Source: the human T2T-CHM13v2.0 reference genome, Homo sapiens. Taken from it: a DNA stretch of 64,000 nt. Under the pieces are notes generated by a model that made no database searches, was not told the DNA's origin, and saw only the letters and a list, made by a program, of their open reading frames with translations. The stretch is from the NCBI RefSeq assembly GCF_009914755.1, contig NC_060947.1. One strand, given 5' to 3'. A program made the position numbers and the translations under genes. Shown piece after piece: positions 27,519 through 41,323 of this stretch (positions are counted from its first letter, which is position 1; each line of letters opens with the position of its first letter).

Positions 27519-27841
27519 CCTCAGTGGAAGAAGCTGGCAGAGGTTGAAGATTCAATAAAGGAGACATGATGATAGGATTCAGAACACAGAAAGAATAATG
27601 TGCCTTGTATAGGAAAAGGAACACTCTTCTCAGAGAAAAAGGAAAAGAGAAAAGGACAATAGGAGGTGCAAACAAACTTATGGTTGTGGAAGAGGGGCTC
27701 ATAAACTATGGCCTCTTTCTAAGTGGTGGAAAAGTTTTAGAATTGTGGCTAAGGGAAATGGGAGGGAGAGCTGAATAGAAGTAAAAAAAAAACAATAGTA
27801 TTGGAAATTAACTAAAATTAGAAATCATACATTTGTAGTGG

Positions 27842-29336
27842 TGATGGCTGCCATACATTTCAGCAGCAGCCCATCTGGAGTGGTTGCTGCCATGACACCA
27901 ACTGCCGTAGAGGAGGCACGGTCAGGGCTGCATGCTCCATGAAGCTGGCAGGAGCTGGGAACAGGCAGAAGTCCTGCCCACTTCCAAGTTGGAGGGGTGG
28001 GAGCCCCGCCCTCCCTGGAGCAGCTGCAGCCACTGTAGACCTGGGCGTGTCTTCACTCTCGAGGGCCCAGGAAATCTTCCCCCACCCCGACAGGCTAGGA
28101 AGTGCCTGTTCCCACTGCCTGGCCTTTCCTCACTCCCAACACCTGCTCCGATTTCACAGCAAAGTTGTGGCCAAGCCCAGGCACTGTTGCAACCTGGCCA
28201 GGTGTCCACGCACTCAGGAAAGTGCTGACATGTCAACCCCCTGCCACCTCGGCCCCCTCTGAACTTTGGGCATCAACAATCACAGGAGGGAGGCTGAGGG
28301 GGGACTAAGGGTGGCTTAGTACAGGCCTGCAGGCACCCCCTCAGCAAAAACAGCCCAGGTACCATGGGTACTGTGGATGGCAGGTTAATGGTGGCAGGAG
28401 GCAGACAGGCTCCTGAGTGAAAAGGGGTGGATCCCTGGTGAAACCCCTCCTTCAGGCCAGGGACAGCATGAAGCCCAGGAACTGGGATGCCAGTTGCATG
28501 GACCAGAGTGAGAACTTATGGTGCTTTATCCAGGCCTGCCCATGGCCATCCATGGACCAATCAGCATGCACTTCCTCCCGTCTGGAGCCCATAAAACCCC
28601 CAGACTCAGCCAGACTCAAGCAGGCAACAGGACGACCTGCCTGCGGAGAGGAGCTACCCACTTCAGGTCTCCCGAGAGCTGTACTGTTACTCAATAAAGC
28701 ACCTCTTCATCTTACTCACTCTCCAGTTGTCAGCATACCTCATTCTTCCTGGATGCAGGAGAAGAAATTGGGACCCGTCTAATGGTGGGACTGAAAGAGC
28801 TGTAACACAAACAGCTGAAACGTGTCCCTGACTGGCTACATTGCAGGCAGCAAGAAGGAGAGAAGAGAGGAGAGAGCTGTGGCCCTTCAGAGAGCCCAGA
28901 TCTAGGAGCTCCCCAAGCCAGGGCTATGACACCCTCTTTGGGGCTCTGAGGTTCCTGGCATCTCCAAGCCTCTGGCACCACCATGTTTCTCATTGCCAGA
29001 GTGGAAGCTGCTTGCAGTATGCCTGGTCCAGCCTCAGCCTCACAGGGAGCCAGCACCCTTGCCAGCGCCTGGAGCTGCCCACCCCACCACAGCTGGCATG
29101 CCTGGTTATGCACAACGGCCGGACCCCATGCTCACTCACTCACATACCCCTTGCCACTCCACACCTGGCTCACCCTTGGCAGGTGTGGGATCCAGGCCAG
29201 TAGCATGAGCCAAGAGTAGCCTGACAGGCCAAGAGGGCAGAATAAGCCCAGTGGGCCCAAGCAAAACTTGGGCAAAAGCACCCCTTGCCACAGAGGTTTC
29301 TGGCCAGAAAAGTGACAACCCAAAGATCCTGTGACA
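27842..29336 (+). mobile_element. ERV1 solo LTR, MER52A/C-like (~1.5 kb)
   Basis: Starts tgatggc, ends gatcctgtgaca; 4-bp TSD gtgg (27838-27841, 29337-29340); CCAAT 28557-28561, CATAAAA 28590-28596, AATAAA 28693-28698. Confidence 0.9.
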
Positions 29337-31207
29337 GTGGCATCCATCTGAATGGCATATCCAATTTTTCTCCAGAAGTTCTGACAGAAGAGCAGGGGAG
29401 GTAGATTTCCCTGTTGGTTCAGGGTTTGGGATTTGTAAAGGTAAGTGCAACAGATAGGCAAGAGAGCTTGGCTGGTGAAGTTACTGGTGAGAATATCAAT
29501 CATGGAAGCCAGGATGGGTGGGAAAACAAAATGATGGGCTACTGCTAATACATCTTAATAGTGATAGGGTTAAAAATATGGAGTTGTAATGAAATGGAAG
29601 AGGCACTACAGTAGGGAAGTGTGAGAGCTGGAAGATTCTAGTTGTACTATAGTGTTCAGGCCACATCCCCAGAGATTCAGATTCAATTCATTTGAGTTGG
29701 TCCCAAGCATCAGTACTTTTAAAAACTTTTTCAAGTGATTGCAGGTCAAAAACCACTGGGCTAGAGATATAAGTGGAATCATCCATATGAATGTTGAAAT
29801 CAGCCAATGTGGCAAGAGAAATTGGAATGGAGAAGGAATATATAAACTAAGCAAGGGGTGGCAAAAATCCTCTGACAATGAAGAGAAAATGGACAGTGAT
29901 GGTGGACAGAAGCAGATAGAAGGGAATGATACCAGATGGACTGAGTATTGAGGGAGGAAGGGATTTTACATAATGATGGAGAACAATGGCCTGGAAACAG
30001 CCACAGGGATTTAGGTGATGCCAATCCTACTTTTAGGCAATGTACTGGTGGGATATAGGAGAAGGAGCTGGTTTGTAGAGGAAGAGTGTCCACGAAGGGC
30101 CTGATTTTAGCAGCTAGTGCAGGAGGTGGAGGGTGCACTCTGAGAAGAGGTTGAAAGTGTATGGGAGCTTGCTGACCTTAGAGTGCCATTTCCATAGTGC
30201 ACATTAGAATCAGGGCTGCCTTACTGCTCAGCCCCAGAGATGATATTCACACTGGAATTATAAAGAAGAAGAAGAAAGTCCAGAGGAGCTGGGAGTTGAG
30301 ATAATAAGAGAATGTTTGTGACCAGATAAGACTTCTGTGCTTCTCCTTACTCTGCTTGCTTTAGGTTTTTCTTTGGCTTCTTGAAGGACTGATTAACAAG
30401 CAGGTTTGGGATCCCACTCATTTAAAATAGGCATCTGCTAATAGCCTTCCCATTATATCTCTCAATTCACCTTTTCTCTTGAATGTTTCTCAACGTCCTC
30501 AGCCACCTACTGCTTACAATGTCCTGTTGGGCCCCAGCTTGAAAGGGCATCATTGTAACTTGATTTCACCATGCCACCTTCCATTCAAGAATCATAGAAT
30601 CAGCCAAGTGGCTGGTCTGCTGAGACTTTTGGGATATTTGGCTACAAGGATCTGGGTGGGCCTTCTCTTCTACAAGCCTGATTCTTTCAGGCAGAAGACA
30701 TGTTGTAGAAGTTTGAGAGATAAGTACAGAGGGACACGAGGGATTCAATGGCTAAAAGAAGTCACAGCTAAAGGAAGTCTCACTCTTGGGCCCCAAACAT
30801 TGCTTCTTGGCTGAATGTCAGTGAAAGAACACTGACTTAGGTGAAGATTAGAAAACAGTTTGCAAGAGAATGGGCATTTCCTGCATTAATTGGGCCTATG
30901 ACAGTCTTCTGCTTTGAGTTCACTAATCCAAGCTCTATTTTAAAAGAAAAGGCTCATGTGGTAGTGTCCTCCCATCCCACTTGTGTTTCACATCACCATC
31001 AGAACTACTCAGTCCAGAGTGAGAGTACCCAGCCCTAACCCTGGGAAGGAACAATCATGTTTTGTTTGGGCCATGGCATATACACATGTACCCATACCCA
31101 CCCTCAGATCCCTGCAGGGCTTTCCAAATAAGCCAATCCCCACTTGTTCAAGGCCCTAGAGCTGAGCAGGCTTTCCCACCCCAGGGGATGAAAAAGTGAG
31201 TGTGAAT

Positions 31208-31516
<309 letters not shown>

Positions 31517-31530
31517 TCATGAGTCATGGC

Positions 31531-33566
31531 CTGTGCTACACAGAATTCTAGAGATGACCCTCTCTCCCACAATGATCCACACTCTTGTATAATTGCTTCC
31601 ACTTGAGTGTGGGTGGAACTGGTAAACATGAAGGGCTATCACCCCCATGATTATGCTACTATTTAACAAAGTGATGTTTCAGATATAATTAAGGTCCATA
31701 ATCAGTTCTGTTTGAGTTAATCAAAATGGGGATTTTCCTGAGTGGGGCCTGACTGATTGAGGTGAGTCTTTAAAAGACACAAAAAGTCATTTCAACAAAT
31801 GATGCTGCTGCATGTGGACATCCAACAACAAAAAGAGAAAACGACCTGAATTTCATGCCTTATACAAAGTGTAATTCCAAGTGGATTGTAGATTTAAATA
31901 TAAAATATAAAACTTTAAAACTTTTAGAAGAAAACATAGGAGAAAACCTTTGTGACCTAGGAATTGGTGAAGAGTTCTTAGACTTGACATGAAAAGTCTG
32001 ATCTATAAAAGAAAAATAATAACAAATTTGACTTCATTAAAAGTAGAAACTTTTACTCTGAAAGATCCGTTAAGAGGAAGAAAAGACAAACTACAGACTT
32101 GGATAAAATATTTGCAAGCCACATGTCTGACAAAGGGCATGTATCTAGAATGTATAAAGAGCTCTGAAAACTCAACAGTAGAAAGCAAACAATCCAATTA
32201 GAAAATAAGCGAAAGGCATGAAGAGACATTTCACTAAAGAGAATATACAGATGGGAAGGAAGCACATGAAAAGATGTTCATCATCATTAGCTATTAGGGA
32301 ATTGCTAATTAAAACCACCTATCCAAAAGACTGAAAAAAATAGTGACAACACCAAATGCTGGTGAGGATGTGAGAAACTGGATGGCTCCTTCCTCGCTGG
32401 TGGGAATGTGAAATAGTACAGCCACTCTGGAGAAGAGTATGGCAGTTTCTTTAAAACTATACGTACATTTACCATATAACCCAGCTCTTGGACAAGTATC
32501 CCAGAAAAGTGAAAATCTATGTTGACACAAAAATCTGCTCACAATTGTTCCTATCAGGTTTTTTTGCACTGGCCAGGCCCAAAAACAACCCAAAGTTTGT
32601 CACTTGGTGAGTGGTTAAGCAAATTATGGTACATCCTTACCATGGAATACTACTCAGCAATAAAAGGGGAATGCAGTATTATTGATACATAAAAAAAGGT
32701 TGGATGGATCTCAAGGGCATTATGCTGAGTGGAGACAAAAAGCCAATCTCAAAAGGTCACATGCTGAATGTTATGTAACATTCTCAAAATGACAAAATTA
32801 TAAAGTCACGGAACAGATAAGTAGTTGCAAGTTAGGGATGGTGGGAGGGAATGGGGTAGTGTGACTACCAAGGGGTGGCACAAGGGAAACCTTTAACGTA
32901 AGAAACAGCTGTGAATCTTGACTGCAGTTGTGGTTTCAGGAATCTACATATGTGATAAAATAGCATAGAAGTATACACATACATTGCACCAATGTCAGTT
33001 TCCTGGATTTGATATAGTACTATACTGATATAAGACATAACTGTCGGGGAACACTACATTGGACCTCTCTGTGTTATCTTTTCAACTTCCTGTGACTCCA
33101 TAATTATTTCAAAATAAATTAAAGACAGAGAGAGGAAGAGGGAGGGAGAGTGAAAGGGAGTGAGCAAGAGAGCAGCCGCACTCTTTCTGACCTTGCAGAA
33201 GCAAACAGTCACGTTAGGAACTGCTTGTGGAAGGGGCCATGTGGCAATGACCTCAGAGCGGCGGCCTCTAGGACCTGAGACTAACCCCTGGCCAACAGCC
33301 AGCAATAAGACGGGGGCTTGAGGTCTATAATTGCAAGGAACTGAATTCTGCCAACAACCAGTGAGCTTAGAAGAGGGCCCCAAGTTTCAGATAAGATTGC
33401 AGCCCTGCAAATACCTTGATTTCAACCTAGTAAGACCCTGGAGCAGAGGACCAGCTAAACTGTGCCCAGACTCCTGATGCATGGAAACCATGAGATAATA
33501 AATTTGTGTTGTTTTAAGCCATTAAATTTATGGTAATTTGTTATGCAGCAATAGATAACTAATGCA
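31531..33566 (+). mobile_element. MLT1E/F-type MaLR LTR split by an L1
   Basis: 5' part cacttgagtgtgggtggaact...gagttaatcaaaatggg; 3' part gaactgaattctgccaacaacc...tggtaatttgttatgcagcaatagataactaatgca. Confidence 0.75.
31785..33120 (+). mobile_element. L1MC/MD-type LINE-1 3' end (ORF2 tail and 3' UTR)
   Basis: aacttttagaagaaaacataggagaaaacc; gagacatttcactaaagag; ccatggaatactactcagcaataaaa; ends tcaaaataaa. Confidence 0.85.
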
Positions 33567-34195
33567 CAGCCCCAAGGGTAAGCTGCCATTGAACAACTGG
33601 GAGCTTTGCTTCCAGGAGCCACAGTTGGGACCTACACATTCTGACAAAAGAAACCAGCAACAAGAGGAGGGAGGAGCCAGTCTCGGAGTTGAAACAGATG
33701 CTCGTGGTCTTTACCCACCGCCCCCCAAAAAATATATGACTTTTCAGTTCAGAGTCTTGAACTGCCTCCAAACCAACCCAGCTCTGCTGGCTTCTTGACC
33801 CTGCAGTCGGCTGTCACATCCCAAATATGCTGTTCACAGTCACAAATGAATTGCAGATTGATGGTACTGTACACTTGCCCTGCTTCTCGCTGCAGATTTT
33901 CAGCTATAGCTAATTCCCCTTGCAACCTTTCTTAACCCCACCTGGGGATGTGGCCTTGCACCCAGGGCCCCAGCTGCTCCAGCAGCCCTACCAGTTCACA
34001 GGCAACTGCATTAAGACAGCCTGAGCCTCAGAAACTGTCCGTTTCTCCCTTTCTTCTAGGCGCCAGAACTGGGGCCAGCAGGACACCCAGGCTGGCTCTC
34101 AGTAAATGCCAGAAAGGGGACATAGAGTAGGATTGCACAATTGGGCTGGGAGCTTTCTTACGATCTTGGTTTCTGCTGCTTTGTATCGTGGTCAC

Positions 34196-34585
34196 TGTAT
34201 TAGTCTGCTTGGGCTGCCATAACAAAATACCAAAGACTGTGTAGCTTAAACAACAGAAATTTATTTTTTTTTCATGGTTTTGGAGGTGGAGACATCCAAG
34301 ATCAAGGTGCTAGACAATTTGGTTCTTGGTGAGAGCTCTCTTTCTGCCTTATAGACTGCCATCTTCTCATCACATCCTCACATAGTGAAGGGAGAGAGAG
34401 CTCTGGTTTCTCTTCTTCTTCCATAAAGGCACCAGTTCTCTCATATCAGGGCCCCATCCTTATGACCTCATTTAATCTTTATTACCTCCTCACAGCCCCT
34501 ATCACCAAATACAGTCACATTGGGAGTTAGAGCTTTAACATATGAATTTGGCGGGGGCAGGGGGAATAAAACATTGAGTTCATAA
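34196..34585 (-). mobile_element. MLT1A-type LTR
   Basis: tgtattagtctgcttgggctgccataacaaaatacc...ccaaatacagtcacattgggagttagagctttaacatatgaattt. Confidence 0.82.
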
Positions 34586-34719
34586 CAGTCACCCTATGCT
34601 GTGCCCAGCATTCACAAATTCTGTTCTGGTACAGGTGGGCAGGGTTAGTGAGAGGTGGGAGCAAAAGCCACTGAGTCATGCCCTCATAAGCTTGACTAGT
34701 CTCACGTCCAGTCTTGAAA

Positions 34720-34950
34720 GGTGGCACTATATAGTGAAAAGAGCATGGACTGTGGTATCAGGCACATGTTTCCTCTTACTGGTTGTGAGACCGTGAGTAA
34801 GTTACTCAAACTCTCTGAGCTTCAGTTTCCTCATATGTCAAATGGAAATGATAATCCATATTTCTCACGAGTGTTGTCAGGATTTGATGAAATTATGCAT
34901 GTAAAAGCACCTATTAGCACCCTGTGTATAGTGCTCATGCAATAAAGATT
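34720..34950 (+). mobile_element. MIR
   Basis: aagttactcaaactctctgagcttcagtttcctcat core. Confidence 0.75.
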
Positions 34951-35095
34951 AGTGCCTTTCTCCATTGGCCCTCTCAGTCCACTCCCCATACCAGTCACCC
35001 TCACCAGGCCCATTGCATGCGCTGGCTACTACCCACGCTGCTCTTTTTTGCTCTGGGTGGAGGATGGCAATAGTCCACATCCTTGAATTGGAGAC

Positions 35096-36085
35096 TGCAG
35101 TAGGCAGAATTTCTAAGAATGTCCCCAGGATTTTATGTTCTAATTCCCAAAACCTGTAAATGTGATAAGCTATCTCTCTCAGGGTTATAGTGCGTTATAT
35201 GGCCCAGTTGACCTTAGAGAAGGGAGATTTAATGGAATATCATTTAACCTTTAAAAGGAAGGAAATTCTGACACATGCCACAACATGGCTAAAATTTCAA
35301 AATATGATGCTAAGTTAACCAAGCAAGTCATAAAATAATTGTATGATTCCACTTATATGAGATACCTAGAGTAGTCAAATTCACAGAGATAGAAAATGGA
35401 ATAGTGGTTGCTAGGGGCTGGGGGTATGAAGGAATGCAGAGGTATTGTTGAATGGGTACAGAGTTTCAGTTTGGGAGGATGAAAAACTTCTGGAGATGGA
35501 CGTTGGGGATGGCTGCACAGCAATATGAGTGTACTTAATCTCAACGGACTGTACACTTAATGGTTCAGTGGCCCATTTTCTGTATTTTACCACAATAAAA
35601 AAGGGAGAATATCTGGATGTACCTGATCTAATCACGAGTCCTTAAAAGCAGTGAACTTTCTCCAGCTGGTGGCAAAAGAGGAAGGCAGAAAAGAAAGGCA
35701 AAGTGATTTGAAGAAGTTGAGTCGCTGTTGCTGCTTTGAAAATGGAGGAAGGGGCCTGTGAGAAGAAATGCAGGCAACCTCTCAGGACAGCGAGCAGCCC
35801 CCAGCTAACAGCCAGCGAGGAAACAGGACCTTAGACCTACAGCCACAAGGAAGTGAATTCTGCCGGCAACCTAAATGAACTTGGAAATGGATATTTACTC
35901 AGCCTCCAGACAAGAGCCCAAGCCAGCAGAAATCTTGATCTTGCTTTTATGAGACCTTGAGCAGGGAACCCAGTTGAGCCCACCTAGACTTCTGATCTAC
36001 AGAACTGTGAGCTAACAAATAGGTGGTGTTTTAAAGCTGCTAAGTTTGTGCTAGTGTGTTACAACAGTCATAGAAAGCTAATACA
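35096..36085 (+). mobile_element. MLT1E-type LTR split by an L1MB fragment
   Basis: tgcagtaggcagaatttctaaga...gaccttagagaagggagatt | cctgatctaatcacgagtccttaaaagc...agaactgtgag...agctaataca. Confidence 0.78.
35230..35600 (+). mobile_element. L1MB 3' UTR fragment
   Basis: aatggaatatcatttaacctttaaaaggaaggaaattctgacacatg...tattttaccacaataaaaaa; approximate TSD aagggaga on both sides. Confidence 0.82.
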
Positions 36086-39000
36086 GAAGCCTTAGAGTTT
36101 TAGTCATGTGAGGAAGCACCATCGCCCTAGAAGGTTGTTGCTGTCAGCTTTATTCATTAAGATATTTCTGCATGCACATATTCAACATATTTGTTGCATG
36201 CCTCCTATGTGCCAGACACTGTGCTAGGCCTTGAGGATACAGTAACAGAGCTTAAACAGACCTGTGGAACTTGCAGCCTGGTCCAGGGACAGTATTCTTT
36301 CCCTCTGGCCAAGGCTAGAGGCTGTGACCTGCATGGGCAACCTGACCTCCAGCAGAGCATTCTGGCCTGTTGCCAGGTTCCCCTTGGGCCCTCTCAGCAT
36401 CTGAATGCTTGGAACCATTCCCTAATGGTTATGATGGGAGTGACAGAAAGGAGCAACCACAGGAAGGAACAAACTGGGAAAATCTTGCTGAGGCCCAGAG
36501 CCTGGGCACCACAGTTCTGCTCCGTAACACACAGATACTTCGCAGGGGTGCCTGTGGGTGTGGGCAAGGCTCTTAGCATTTTGGGACAAGCTGAGGCCCA
36601 GACAACTTAAATAGAAGGGTCTGCCTGGTCTTCTGAAAGAGTAAAAGTGAGGAGGGGGATGAAGTGAGTGTTATCTGTGGCCATTTTCAAGGTTCCTAGT
36701 GAGCACTTGAGAGGGAGGCGCACGGTGGCAAATGTGCTTGGGGATATAGAGAATGTGGCTGGGGATGGTGAAAACCTGGCAAGAGATGGCAGGGGTGCAC
36801 AGAAGAGATGGGCAGGAGCGCAGCCTTCTGAAGCAAAAAGAGTTGGAGTGGGATTCTGGGTGGAGAGGCCAGGGAGAAAGGGGCAACAGTGAATGAAGAG
36901 GCCCCAGCCTGGCCAAGCTCAGCAACTGAGAGGCTGGGTGGGGCCTAGGCTTTGGAGACTCAATCCCTCTTCCTTGGGGGAAGTGCCAGGGGTGGGGCCA
37001 TGGACAGCTTAGCTCTCCAGCCCCTTAGCAGCCCTTCCTAACTCACTGGTAATCTGTTTATATGTTTATTTGCAAGACTGGTTTCTGCTTCAGTGAGGGG
37101 GGGCTTGGATCTCTGCCCTCAGGCCCTCAGTTCTGAGTTAAACTTCCCTAAGGAGCGGACTGCAGGCTCTCTGCCCCATTTGGCTGACTTTCCTCTGCCC
37201 TCTCTGTTCCTTGGGACCCTGACTGGTGGACAAGGAAGTTCCGGGTGGGAAGGGGGTCTGGTCTTCCAGGACTGGCCAGAGAAGCGAAGGGCTCTGGTTC
37301 CCTACAGGCCCAGACATCTGGGGCGGGGGTGGGGTGGGTCTGGGCAGGAACTCCGGCTTCATAGGAACCCTGAGAAAATCAAACTGAAATCCTGCCCAGG
37401 GAAATCTGCAGTTGTCCAACAAGAGCTTCGCTTTAATACATGTGGTAATTTTTTTGTTGTGCTTATTCAGACTGCAGCAGCTGCAGAGGGAGAGGCCCGT
37501 GAAGGGGGCAATGAGACTGGAGTGGGGTGGCAGGGTGGGGAAAAGGTAAAGGCCGCGTTGCCACGGAAGACCAGAGCCTAATGAGGGGAAAGCGGTGAGG
37601 TGCAGGCACTTGGGCCTTGGGAGAGGAAATCCCGGGGAATGCAGGACTGAGTCTGAAGACAGACAGCAAAGAGAGGGCCAGTGAGAGCCTGACTGGGGAG
37701 GCGCATGGTTTGGATGATGGTGGTGGGGGCCGAGGAGGGAGGGCGTGAGAAAGCAACCCTTTTACTGCTGATGGATATTGTCTCTTACCATAAGTCAGCA
37801 TGTGAAGTATTTGTCTATTGCAAAACTGGAGAGATAAAATTCTGGAAGGTCATTCCCAAGGATAGGAGAGGGGCACCTGAATGAATCATCAGAGAAACCC
37901 AGGGGAAGTGGGTGGAGTTCGTAACCTGAACTAGGAAAGGCCTGATGATTCACTGGGCTCCAGGCCTGTCAATCCACTGTACTCTGCCAATGGTCTGAGA
38001 ACTGAAGGTGTCCCTCAAACATGACACTGGAATTCAGTGAGTGCTGTAAAGGGGGAGGGGAGGGAGTTTTGAAACAGGAAGCGACAGGGAGTCTGCTACT
38101 GCCCTTTGAAGGGGGCTGACCTGAGTCATAGAGCTAGAAAGGACCTCGAGATCATCTGACCCAACCTCTTTGTTTTATACTCAAGGAACCGGCATTCAGA
38201 GAAGGGAAGAAATTTGTCCAAGGTCACAGAGTTAGTGAACTACGTAGACAAACAGGCTTCAGAAAGAGGCCACATAGGTTACTAGAGAGAATAGTCTCAG
38301 GTGTTAGCCCAGATAGGGTCTGCAAATACTTGGCAAACATAATGCCGCTTCTCACTCCTCTGTCCCTGGTGGACATTGCACCCCAATTTCAGTGCTGACG
38401 CTACTTTGAAGTCCTTCTTAACTGAGTACACTAGGCATTGACATGGAAAATGAAAGCAATTTGTAATTTCAGGCCTACAATAACAGCTGTGTGTGTCACA
38501 GAAGGGTAGAACTAGTCCTAATGTCTAATTCGTTAGATACCATTATCGAAGGCTCTTTGGGTTGCAAGCAACTGAAGGAAGAGTTACCCTCAGGAAAGAC
38601 AGGAACCAGGACTGCTTTGTAGATCTAAACAGTGGCAGTTGGTGGCCCCTCCTCATTAAAGCACTGCTACTCATGAGACCCAGCTTCAATGACTGGCTGC
38701 CACACTTTGTGTCTCCCGCTGCCGGTTTAAAATTCCTTGGAGAGTGAAGTTGTTTGGACCGAGTTGTAAGAGATTTTTAAACCCTGGAACAATAAGTGAT
38801 GGAGCAGGGACAGGTCTACTGGATAGAAAATCAGCAGTGACTGCCATAGGGGTGGCACCTCCGCAGGAGGTGTCTACCAGATACGCTTCAGGAAAACCTA
38901 AGGGGACCAAGAGAAACAGGCTGGAGTGAAGGTGGGCTTTTCAGAGACCAGAGCCTAGAGGCATCTAAGAGGAGTTACGGAAACATCTGCTAGGCTACTT

Positions 39001-40654
39001 GAAGTGCAAGAAAGGCCACTTTTGGGGTAGATAAAGGAGTATATTCCTTACTCTGGGACCAGGAACCAGGGTAGTTCTCTCAGGGGACAGAAAAGATACT
39101 CAGGACAAGTATAGAGTTTCCCAGGGCAAGGAGGTAATCTGGCAATGTCCCCCATCTCCCTTCACCCCTCCCCACTGCAAAGCCAAATTAATAAAGCGGA
39201 TTCTGGAAAGGACAGAGAATCCCACCAGCCCTAATGGTGGCACAAACCCAAACTTTCCAGGCAATGAGTCTGAATAGCATGGTCAAGCATCCAATTCAGA
39301 CAGGGCTGAGGCCAAGAATAGGAATGGGGATTGAATGCCCTATAATCTGCCGGCCAAATCCATCAGTGGAAAGATCTGAGATCCATTAGGAAAATAAATG
39401 TCTTCTGTAAACTCATTTATTTCTAGGGTTTTGTAATTCTTAAAAAATTGTTGTGTTCCCCTCAACTTCTGAGAAAAGTTCTTTTCAAAAACTCCCAGCT
39501 TGTCGTAGATCAATTCAAGTGAAAGGCTTGGGCCATAGAAGGGTCAAGACAGCTGGGAAGGTTTCAAGCTCCCAACAGGGAGGAATGGAGATGGCTGCGA
39601 TGGGCCCAGTTGAAGTCTTAGGTAGAGAAGATGGAGGCAAGTTACATAGAAAGGTGGCATTTCTGAGACATAAAGTTTCTTCCTTAGAAACTTTTCTTTT
39701 CTTTCTTAGAGGGTGGATGTAGATGACTATGGTCTGTACATAAGACACTATTTGGAGGCTTTGGGTCTGAAGGCAAGATGGAGTTGATGAAAATTCAGGT
39801 TGGGGCCTTTTTAAGGAAAGACTACTCCTAGAGGAGTTCAATTCTTTTTCTCTCTCTCACCTTTGCCTCTGTCTTTGACTGTATATGTGACACTGTGCAA
39901 GTTACCTAACCTCATAGAGCCCGAGTTTTCTCATTTTTAAGGTAGAAATACCAAGTAGAGGGTTAAATAAGGATTAAATGAGATAATATGCAAACTGTTT
40001 AACATTCTTGGCCCAGAGCAGCAGATGATCAAAGAGTCTATAAAGCTTACTTTTTTTCCTTGCTTCTGTGTGTGTGTGTATCTTTATACCACATACTGCA
40101 GTAGAGGCTGGATATTCAGAGATGAAATGATAAAATCTCTGCCCTCAAGTGTCTTGCAAGCTGGAAAAGAAGATAGTTAAATAAACATCAATTATAATAA
40201 TGTCTCTAGTGAAGTGTATGTATAAACTTAGTGGAAATGTGGAGGAAGTAAGACAAGTCTACCCGAGGAAGTCAGAGAAGGCCGCACAGAGGAGGTAGCA
40301 TTTGATCTGGACTTTACAGGATGAATAGAAACTTTCTCAGTGAACAAGCATGGGGAGAGTCCTTGAGGCCGAGGAAACAGCATGTGCAAGGCACAGAAGT
40401 ATAAGAAAGCATACCAAATTCGATATTGCTGAAGCTTTATGTGTTACCGTATCAGGCAAAGAAGGTAAATTTCATCCCATCGTCTGGTGCATGTTACTGA
40501 AGAATTTTGAGCAGGAAAGTGACTTATCACAATAGCAATAACATTTAGAAAGGTTTGGAGGGATAGTAAGATTAGAGGTTAGATGGAACACTATTATTTC
40601 GGGCAAAACGGGACCTTAATTGGAGCAGTGGCAAATGGGCATGAAGAGGAGTAG

Positions 40655-40972
<318 letters not shown>

Positions 40973-41323
40973 CTGGAGAATTATTAGGAAGACAGAACCT
41001 TTAGAGTTTTTAGTAATGAATTGGATGTGGAGAATGAGGAAGGGGCAAGAATCTAGTATCTGTCTGGCCTTTGGGCAACTGGCTACACTACTGTAACATA
41101 TGCTGGGATAGACAACATGGGAGGAGGAGGGAACAGAGTATGGGGCAGGGAGGAGATGATACTTTCCATTTTGCAATGTTAGGTTGAAGAGTCTGTGGGA
41201 CGCCCAGGTGGAGATGTTCATAGGCAGCTCAGAGGGGAATCTGAGCTAGAAGTGGAAATTTGGAAAATATCAATGGTAGTTAAAAAGAAAAAAGAAATAG
41301 CAACATTTAAAAAGCTGGGCAGA

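Noticed and set aside
14753-29336. The two MER52-group LTRs as ends of one provirus
   Set aside because: Opposite orientation, different lengths, separate TSDs and no gag/pol between them.
31531-36085. The two MLT1E/F LTRs as one MaLR provirus
   Set aside because: The intervening DNA is unique sequence, an MLT1A and a MIR, not MLT1-int, and I saw no shared TSD.
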